54,899 nt of DNA. Origin: an uncultured virus (IMG/VR IMGVR_UViG_3300021085_000013) (Duplodnaviria > Heunggongvirae > Uroviricota > Caudoviricetes). Below the pieces are notes generated by a model. That model was given only the letters and a program-made list of their open reading frames with translations, had not been told where the DNA came from and did not search any database. How positions within the stretch are numbered: the stretch's first letter is position 1; every line of letters begins with the position of its first letter. Shown piece by piece: positions 41,015 to 47,800 of the stretch. A program made the translations under genes and the position numbers. The stretch spans positions 62,001 through 116,899 of IMG/VR virus record IMGVR_UViG_3300021085_000013; one strand, 5' to 3'.

Positions 41015-41743
41015 TTATTTAGGCTCGTGGTTTTCCTTCCACTTATCGTATCTCTTTACAACTTCTTGAAGGATCTTTGCTCTAACAATATCTTTTTCAG
41101 TAAATTCATGCACACCTATTCCTTTAATACCTGTCATTAATTCAGTAAACGAAGGTAAACCAACATTGGCTTTAGATATATCATGCTGGCTAACGTCTCC
41201 TGTTACTATAACCTTAGAGTCTTTACCCATTCTTGTTACAAATAACATTAACTGCTTGAACGTTGCATTCTGTGCTTCATCTAATACCATTAATGATCCG
41301 TCAAATGTATCACCTCTCATATAAGCCATTGGCCTAAATACAATAACTTCTTTCTCTACGAGAGTTTGTGCTATTTCAGATCCTACTATTTTTGTAATGT
41401 TAGATATGTATGATTGCATAAACGGATCTATCTTGTCTGCGATATCTCCTGGTAAAAATCCTAACTTTTCACCTGCTTCTTGGATGGGTTTACATAATAC
41501 TATTTGTGAAATCTCTTTTCTAGCTAAGAGGAGAAGTGCAGTATAACATGCTGTAAATGTTTTGGATGTTCCAGCTGGACCTGTGCAAAACGTTATCTGA
41601 TTCTCTAGTATTGTGTTTGTATATTTCTTTTGGGATTGTCTTAATTGTACTCCTTTTAATTCTGCTTCTTTTATTCCGTATCTTCTTCTTCTAGGTCCAT
41701 CGGAGCTAGATGAAGATTTATTGTTTGAATTGTTTCTGCTCAT
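41015..41743 (-). CDS. phoH: PhoH-like ATPase
   Basis: GPAGTSKT, EAGEKLGFLPGD, AYMRGDT, LDEAQN, VTGDVSQHD. Confidence 0.92.
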   Translation of the reverse strand: MSRNNSNNKSSSSSDGPRRRRYGIKEAELKGVQLRQSQKKYTNTILENQITFCTGPAGTSKTFTACYTALLLLARKEISQIVLCKPIQEAGEKLGFLPGDIADKIDPFMQSYISNITKIVGSEIAQTLVEKEVIVFRPMAYMRGDTFDGSLMVLDEAQNATFKQLMLFVTRMGKDSKVIVTGDVSQHDISKANVGLPSFTELMTGIKGIGVHEFTEKDIVRAKILQEVVKRYDKWKENHEPK

Positions 41744-41757
41744 CGAGTTTAATTTTT

Positions 41758-42015
41758 TTAGTCTCCTGCCATTATTACCGTTTTTTTAAGCTGCAATAAC
41801 GTATCACATTTTTCATACTCCTCAAGTTCTTCAAAATATTCTATAATAATATCTATGAACTTGCTCCTTTGTCCTTCGCCATGAGGGATTTCTATCGTAT
41901 TCTTGCCTTCGCTGAATACAACAAATCTATTAATGGTTTTAGTAAAATTTCTTGTGATAGTATAATAGCTTGATCTCATCAATGCGTCTTTGTCATCACT
42001 AAAAGATTCCTTCAT
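41758..42015 (-). CDS. Small protein with C-terminal UVR (UvrB/C)-like motif
   Basis: YFEELEEYEKCDTL. ATG 42015 preferred over TTG 42057. Confidence 0.55.
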   Translation of the reverse strand: MKESFSDDKDALMRSSYYTITRNFTKTINRFVVFSEGKNTIEIPHGEGQRSKFIDIIIEYFEELEEYEKCDTLLQLKKTVIMAGD

Positions 42016-42121
42016 TACAAAGTATATTTTTTTATATCGAGATATTAATAATCTCAATTTATATATTTAATTCCGGTAAGGTCTAAGGTAAAATGAAGTA
42101 AAAAAATATGTTATTATATTT

Positions 42122-42319
42122 CTACTTGTCCTTGTTTTCGGCGTCTGATTTCTTCTGAAGATATATTGCCTTTTGGAACTTAAGTCTCTTTACTGCAGAG
42201 GGCTTCGTATATTGCTTTTCATCTCTGACCTTTTTCATTTGTTTGGTCTTGATGGTTTTGCGCTTATACTGTTTTAAAGCTTTTTCTATATTCCCTTTAT
42301 CTACATTAATTATTAACAT
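42122..42319 (-). CDS. rpsU: Ribosomal protein bS21, Bacteroidota type
   Basis: MLIINV..NIEKALKQYKRK.......R....YTKPSAVKR....KAIY. 65 aa, basic. Confidence 0.9.
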   Translation of the reverse strand: MLIINVDKGNIEKALKQYKRKTIKTKQMKKVRDEKQYTKPSAVKRLKFQKAIYLQKKSDAENKDK

Positions 42320-42618
42320 ATATTGCTTATGATTTTTTTAAGTTCATGGCATCTTTCATATTCTTCTTGTTCTGCAAAATACTTGATAACCGTTTCTAGT
42401 GCTGCTATTTTTTCTTCTTTAGGAGAATTATTATTTAATGCTCCCATTTCATTTTCAATTATAGCCTTATAAATTAAGTCCATCATTATCTCTTTGGATG
42501 ATGATTTCAATTTCTCAATAAACGCGATTGATTCTACGCTGTTGTTAACTTCAAATTCTGGATTATTTCTATTGGTATCTGAATTATCCCATTCGTCAAA
42601 ATCTGGTAAATCATTCAT
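42313..42618 (-). CDS. Small protein with C-terminal UVR-like motif
   Basis: YFAEQEEYERCHELKK. Confidence 0.55.
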   Translation of the reverse strand: MNDLPDFDEWDNSDTNRNNPEFEVNNSVESIAFIEKLKSSSKEIMMDLIYKAIIENEMGALNNNSPKEEKIAALETVIKYFAEQEEYERCHELKKIISNIC

Positions 42619-43411
42619 TGTCTATTTCTTTTATTTTTTTTATTAGTTCTATTTGTGAATCTTTAAGGGGCGGATTAAATGCATTTAATTTCACCATAAG
42701 GTTACCATAAGTATTCATACTATATATCGGGAATCCTTTACCACTTATTCTTAATATCTTATTATTCTGTGAATTTGGAGGTACATTTACCTTTATTTTA
42801 TAGAAGGGAGTATTAATTTCTATTTCAGTACCTAGAATCATATCGTAAAAGGAAACATCTGCATCTACGTATATGTCATTGCCATGCAGTATAACCCTAT
42901 CATCAAGCCTTAAATTAATTATAATAATTAAATCTCCATTAGGGGCTGATGAGTTAGCAGGATGAGGTTGACCTTTACCACTAATCCTTAGCTTCATACC
43001 CTCATAAACTCCCTTTGGTATATTAATGTTTAATTTTTTAGAACCTATATCTACTCTCTTTTGAGTTCCATGGTAAGATTCTTCTAAGGTAATTGCCATT
43101 CTAATCGTGACATCTCTTCCTTTAGATGAAGAGCCGAATGCATCATTAAACATATCACTAAAAGATCCTTCTCCATTTCTAAACCAACTGTCGAATGGAT
43201 TTTCTGAAGGACGATATTCTAATTCAATATCGTATTTTCTTTTTCTATCCTTATCAGATAAAACCTCATAAGCTGTGACTATTTCTTTAAAGGAAGACTC
43301 ATCCCCTTCAACTGTATCGGGATGATATTGCTTTGCTAGTTTACGATATGCCTTTTTAATCTCGGCTTGGCTTGCTGTCTTTTCTATCTGCAGCAGTTCG
43401 TAGTAATTCAT
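42611..43411 (-). CDS. DnaJ-family co-chaperone (CbpA/DnaJB type, no Zn finger)
   Basis: J-domain with HPD (IKKAYRKLAKQYHPD). C-terminal LRISGKG..GDL repeats. Confidence 0.92.
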   Translation of the reverse strand: MNYYELLQIEKTASQAEIKKAYRKLAKQYHPDTVEGDESSFKEIVTAYEVLSDKDRKRKYDIELEYRPSENPFDSWFRNGEGSFSDMFNDAFGSSSKGRDVTIRMAITLEESYHGTQKRVDIGSKKLNINIPKGVYEGMKLRISGKGQPHPANSSAPNGDLIIIINLRLDDRVILHGNDIYVDADVSFYDMILGTEIEINTPFYKIKVNVPPNSQNNKILRISGKGFPIYSMNTYGNLMVKLNAFNPPLKDSQIELIKKIKEIDNE

Positions 43412-43550
43412 TCTTTCTTTTCTTTACGGCTTCTTTAACGACTTTAATACTCTTTCTTTTTTCAACCACATCTCTTTTCTGTTGGTTTTCCATAAGATCT
43501 GCAATTCTCGTAAGTTGATCCGCAATGACTTTTAGTAATTGTTCTTCCAT
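43356..43550 (-). CDS. Hypothetical basic protein
   Basis: Start at ATG 43550 (MEEQLLK), 6 nt after the AAAC-N16-GTATAA motif. Confidence 0.5.
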   Translation of the reverse strand: MEEQLLKVIADQLTRIADLMENQQKRDVVEKRKSIKVVKEAVKKRKNELLRTAADRKDSKPSRD

Positions 43551-43593
43551 AATATATTTATACACATTTATTTGATTATGTTTCAACCCCCTT

Positions 43594-43623
43594 AAAGGCC
43601 AATGGTTATAACTATTAGCCTTT
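43594..43623 (-). terminator. Imperfect hairpin, possible terminator
   Basis: Minus strand AAAGGCTAATAGTT-AT-AACCATTGGCCTTT. Confidence 0.45.
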
Positions 43624-43637
43624 ATAAAGGAAGATTG

Positions 43638-43931
43638 TTATTTATTATCTAAAATCTTTTTAAGATGTGCACACTTTTCATACTCTTCAGATTGTTGAAA
43701 CCAGTCTAACATTTGTTGAAGTGTTCTTATGATTGGTTCTATTTCGATACCATTATCTTGCATTGATTTAAAATCAACTCCCTTTTCTAAAATCATATCC
43801 CAATTATTTCTAACTAGTTTATCTTTTAATTCATGAAGGTTATTTTCCATATCTGCATTTTTTTGGATCTGAGCTATTTCATCGTGCTCATCATTGTTTT
43901 GGTCTTCAAAACCATCAAAGTCGTCAAACAT
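43638..43931 (-). CDS. Small protein with C-terminal UVR-like motif
   Basis: WFQQSEEYEKCAHLKK. Confidence 0.55.
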   Translation of the reverse strand: MFDDFDGFEDQNNDEHDEIAQIQKNADMENNLHELKDKLVRNNWDMILEKGVDFKSMQDNGIEIEPIIRTLQQMLDWFQQSEEYEKCAHLKKILDNK

Positions 43932-43947
43932 ATTTTTCTTATTTTTA

Positions 43948-43988
43948 ATTACTATACTAATATAAGCAAAATATCTGAGATAAAAAAA
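43948..43988 (-). promoter_or_regulatory. 41-bp conserved upstream element, copy 3
   Basis: attactatactaatataagcaaaatatctgagataaaaaaa. Confidence 0.7.
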
Positions 43989-44327
43989 TTATTTAACAAC
44001 TATTTTTCTACTTTTTTCATTTTTATCGAAAGCAATAGTTAAAACTCCATCTTTCATCGATGCCGAAGCAGTGTCTACGTCAAGTGTATTCGATAATTTA
44101 AATCTTTTGCTAAATGATTTTCTAAACCCATCTTCTTCAACTTCTGAGCTTACTGTTAAAACTCTATCTTCAATCTGAATGTCGATATCCTTTTTTGTAA
44201 AACCCGGAAGAGCTAATAAGATTTTACCTTCTTCAAATAAAACTTGTTTACCTCCAATTGTGTTAAGCGAATTTACGGTTTCAATCGAGTCGTTAATTAA
44301 ATCTTCAAGTGTTGTTTTAAAATACAT
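43989..44327 (-). CDS. Small heat-shock protein (Hsp20/alpha-crystallin)
   Basis: ALPGFTKKDIDIQIEDRVLTVS..SFSKRFKL..ASMKDGVLTI. Confidence 0.9.
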   Translation of the reverse strand: MYFKTTLEDLINDSIETVNSLNTIGGKQVLFEEGKILLALPGFTKKDIDIQIEDRVLTVSSEVEEDGFRKSFSKRFKLSNTLDVDTASASMKDGVLTIAFDKNEKSRKIVVK

Positions 44328-44455
44328 AGTTAAAATTTTTATTTAGTTATCGTAGCAATATCGCTACAATACTATATTCTAACAAAATTGTGCCAGAGTT
44401 GTTTTTCTATACAAAGTGTCATACTTATAATAAATTGTATGACAATGTGACATTA

Positions 44456-45199
44456 TTAGAATGGTACAAAGGCTTTAGAGACAAGTTCCATATCTGACAT
44501 TTTTAACATGACATTCATGGTTCCTATTACATCGTCCTCACAATAGTCTTTAATTTCTTCTAATCTTCCAGCATAATATGCTTCAGAAACTTCACCACCA
44601 TACATGTTTTGTTTAGGAGAAGGTATCTGTAAAAGATCACAGATCATAGAAAGTGAAGCACCGTTCCATCCACCAAACTTCCATATTTCATTAGTATCTA
44701 GTAGGCAGTTTTCCCATGGTTTAAGTTTTTGTAAATGTAATTGTTGAGGAATTTCTACACCCTGAATAATAGACCTTTTAATTAAATATGGCATATCAAA
44801 TCCTTTAATGTTATGTCCTACGATTTGAATTTTAGGATTTGCTTTAAATATCAAAGCCATCGTATCCATGAATTCTTTTAAAGTATTCTTTTCATCATCT
44901 CCATAAAATGATTTCACTTTAGGGTTAGGTGTAATGCCATCTGGGAAGGTTATTTGCCCGATTGTAATTACTACTGCTCTTCCGAATTCAGGATAAAGGG
45001 CAGCATCCTTGATATACATATCAGCATCTGAAACTCCTTCATACTCTGATTTACTTTGTCTACCATACTTTGCTTTCTTTTCCCAATGAGAGTATGCGTT
45101 TTCTCCAATAATCTCTGCAAAGCTATCTAAGTCCTTTGCAGCAGTTGACGTTTCAATGTCAATAAATAACATGTTTTTTAAATCTGAAATACTATACAT
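44456..45199 (-). CDS. 3'-5' exonuclease (PolB-exo-like, DEDD)
   Basis: FIDIET, GHNIKGFDMPYL, KPWE..LDT..WKFG, YCEDDV. Confidence 0.85.
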   Translation of the reverse strand: MYSISDLKNMLFIDIETSTAAKDLDSFAEIIGENAYSHWEKKAKYGRQSKSEYEGVSDADMYIKDAALYPEFGRAVVITIGQITFPDGITPNPKVKSFYGDDEKNTLKEFMDTMALIFKANPKIQIVGHNIKGFDMPYLIKRSIIQGVEIPQQLHLQKLKPWENCLLDTNEIWKFGGWNGASLSMICDLLQIPSPKQNMYGGEVSEAYYAGRLEEIKDYCEDDVIGTMNVMLKMSDMELVSKAFVPF

Positions 45200-45440
45200 C
45201 TTTTTCTTGTTTTGGGTGAGTTTTTCTAATATTATAAATAGAGACTGGATATCTCATTTGTCTTCCATAATTTCCATTAACAAATGTAAACCATCTATGT
45301 CCATAGGTTTCTGTTAATTTATCGGCAGTGCAGTCTAATTTGCCTCTTTCCCATGATCCTGCGAAATAGAAATAATACGTTTCACCTATAATAGGCTTCT
45401 TAACGTAAATAATCTCTAGCTTCTTTTTCTTCTTTGCCAT
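45192..45440 (-). CDS. Hypothetical protein (82 aa)
   Basis: ORF track. Promoter motif 4 nt upstream. Confidence 0.55.
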   Translation of the reverse strand: MAKKKKKLEIIYVKKPIIGETYYFYFAGSWERGKLDCTADKLTETYGHRWFTFVNGNYGRQMRYPVSIYNIRKTHPKQEKDV

Positions 45441-45469
45441 GTAGATTATACTTAAATATGTGTAATTGT

Positions 45470-45937
45470 TTATATTTTATTCTTTAATCTCATCAAGTAT
45501 ACTACTCTAGAGAAATGATAAAAGGAAAGAATAGGTATCTGTAACACTTCAAACAAGAATAAATTTTGTTCAGTGTCTATAAAGAGTGTTGGATATAATA
45601 TTGCAGATATTATTCCAAAGATTTTAAATCTTTTATCAAAGAGCATAATCCACGTCGATGACATAAAAAATAGAATAGCGGATATATTGTGTATTGTAGG
45701 GTAATTTGTAACGCTAAAGCTTGCTATGATTATTAATAAGAATGCTGGTATTTTCCATTCAATAGAACGATGAAGCCATAATCCTAATGAAACTCCTATT
45801 GTTAATAAAGGGAATAAGATTGGTTTTAATTGATGATAATCACTATAACTATCCTCTATGCCTAAGATTAGTGGCAGACACACTGTATATAATATTGCGT
45901 AAATACACAGCGCAAATCGTAACCATAATCTATTCAT
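45470..45937 (-). CDS. Multi-pass membrane protein
   Basis: Highly hydrophobic. SYSDY and H.ISA.LFF segments. Confidence 0.6.
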   Translation of the reverse strand: MNRLWLRFALCIYAILYTVCLPLILGIEDSYSDYHQLKPILFPLLTIGVSLGLWLHRSIEWKIPAFLLIIIASFSVTNYPTIHNISAILFFMSSTWIMLFDKRFKIFGIISAILYPTLFIDTEQNLFLFEVLQIPILSFYHFSRVVYLMRLKNKI

Positions 45938-45993
45938 ACTTGGAAGTTTATTAATTATACTTAACTATACACTTCCATTTGGAATTGTTTCAA

Positions 45994-46218
45994 TTAAAAG
46001 TGTCCGTGTTCTTTAACACGCCTTATCATAAGGTAAGTATTATATGATACATTAATTTCTGCATATCCTCCTGTTATAGTAGAAGGACATGATTCCCTAG
46101 AAATCCAATAGCTAGGTGGTTCTTTAATTCTTTCTGTTATAAAGTCAAACAGCTTGTCAATGTCCATGTGATGAACCCATAAGTTCACATGCATACACGT
46201 CATGTCAGGATATGCCAT
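45994..46218 (-). CDS. Hypothetical protein (74 aa)
   Basis: ORF track. Confidence 0.45.
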   Translation of the reverse strand: MAYPDMTCMHVNLWVHHMDIDKLFDFITERIKEPPSYWISRESCPSTITGGYAEINVSYNTYLMIRRVKEHGHF

Positions 46219-46221
46219 AAT

Positions 46222-47175
46222 TTATTCTTTTATTTCGAATCGTTCACTGTCAAGTTCTATAGTTTTTTTATCTAAATCATTAGATAATTTCGTTAGAGCT
46301 TTATCAGTATCTTTGTTTACTTCTCTTCCGTAAAAGTCTTTAAATATTTTACGGTATATTTGTACAGTAGAATCATAAGGAACTCCAGGTTGAGAATTAC
46401 TTTCTATAATATACAATTTTCCTTTTTGATCTTCCATTATATCAAAACATATATATGGTAAATCTTTAAACTTATTACAGAATTTTTCTATTAGTGTTTT
46501 AAATTTTTCAGGAAGAGCTGTAACATCTCTTTTGATATATTTAAAATTCATTTCTTCTTTGCCGTCACCATCACCTGATTTTGCTTTATCATTTAATGGT
46601 TCTCTTTCCATCCAAAAGAAAGCATCTCCTTTAAAGTTAATTATTCTATGCTCTGATTTCTTATCTACAAATTCGGAATATACGTCAAATTTAGAATGAT
46701 CAGCTTTATCCCAATCTTCCTGAGATTTAAAAACCTGAATTCCAATACCTGAATGTCCTTCAGCTGGCTTTGCAATTAATGGAAAGCCAATTTCTAAAGC
46801 TTCTTTCTCGTCATGACATGTCTGTGGAATGTTTTCATCTCCATCTACTATTTTATGAAACTCTGCCTTAGATCCAGATTGCTTAATGAATTCTGGTCTA
46901 TTATATACATTTTCCTTTTTAACTAATCCTTCCTTTAAAAGTGTTTCAACTACTCCTGAATTATATGTTAATATAGGATAGTCTGTATTAATATCTATGT
47001 CTTTGTAATTGTCTTTATTAATTTGTATAAAGAAATTATCGGAAGCAAATCCCTTATAAGACCACCACCTGTGACCTGAGTCGGGATCAATTGCTAGATA
47101 AACTTTAAAAAGATCATTAGTATCTTCGTTTAGGTTTTCGTTAATAAATTGGTCGAATGATTGTATTTGCTTCAT
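46222..47175 (-). CDS. ATP-grasp ligase (RimK-like) with capsid-targeting-like N-terminus
   Basis: IPQT, FPLIAKPAEGHSGIGI, SEFV..EHR, FDIM..LYIIESNSQPG. Starts MKQIQSFDQFINE. Confidence 0.8.
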   Translation of the reverse strand: MKQIQSFDQFINENLNEDTNDLFKVYLAIDPDSGHRWWSYKGFASDNFFIQINKDNYKDIDINTDYPILTYNSGVVETLLKEGLVKKENVYNRPEFIKQSGSKAEFHKIVDGDENIPQTCHDEKEALEIGFPLIAKPAEGHSGIGIQVFKSQEDWDKADHSKFDVYSEFVDKKSEHRIINFKGDAFFWMEREPLNDKAKSGDGDGKEEMNFKYIKRDVTALPEKFKTLIEKFCNKFKDLPYICFDIMEDQKGKLYIIESNSQPGVPYDSTVQIYRKIFKDFYGREVNKDTDKALTKLSNDLDKKTIELDSERFEIKE

Positions 47176-47182
47176 ATTCTAT

Positions 47183-47800
47183 TTATCCGCTCATCTTGCA
47201 GAAACTTACAGTAATATACCTTGTTCCTGAAAAAATAGGCTTTGCACCATGTCTATGTGTAATTGCGCCTGGATGTAAAGCTGCCATTCCAACTCTAGGA
47301 GGACTAATATTTGCCTTATATAATGGGAAATAAGTTCCACCTCCTGTAAAATCTTCATTCATTCTAACAACAGTTGTTAAATGGCTATTATCATGGTGAA
47401 GAGAAAGGTGCGCTTGTGTTTCTGTAGTATACTTTACAATAAATGTTTCATCTGACATAGAATTCCACTGCTTTCCTTCTAAAGTCCAGAACCATATTCC
47501 TAATGGCCTAACAAATTCGTTAAGAACCTTTGAGTAAATTTCATTCATCCATACTTTGTCAATAAGCATGTCGGTTGTTGGATAAAATTCATGTCTATCT
47601 ACTGTCCATTCTCCTTCAGTTTCACATAGTTCAATTAGATCTTTACAAAACTGTTCTTTAAATAAAGGAAATACTAAAACGCTCGGAGCCGCTTCGTCAA
47701 CTATGAGTTCATATTCTCCTTTTCTTAAAAGAGGATCGATGTATTTGTCACACCATGCATCCCAATCACTTGCATCTAAAATTTCTACGTATTTTCCCAT
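47183..47800 (-). CDS. PLOD-like (procollagen lysyl hydroxylase) 2OG-Fe(II) dioxygenase
   Basis: FPLF..FC..LIE..E, PTTDM, FIVKY....Q..L..HHD.S, GGGT.F, HPG.ITH.H..P..GTRYITVSF. These follow the PLOD/LH catalytic domain motif series. Confidence 0.85.
   Translation of the reverse strand: MGKYVEILDASDWDAWCDKYIDPLLRKGEYELIVDEAAPSVLVFPLFKEQFCKDLIELCETEGEWTVDRHEFYPTTDMLIDKVWMNEIYSKVLNEFVRPLGIWFWTLEGKQWNSMSDETFIVKYTTETQAHLSLHHDNSHLTTVVRMNEDFTGGGTYFPLYKANISPPRVGMAALHPGAITHRHGAKPIFSGTRYITVSFCKMSG

Noticed and set aside
42111..42140. Possible ninth AAAC...TATAAT promoter after bS21
   Set aside because: Spacer is shorter than the invariant 16 nt, so it was not counted.
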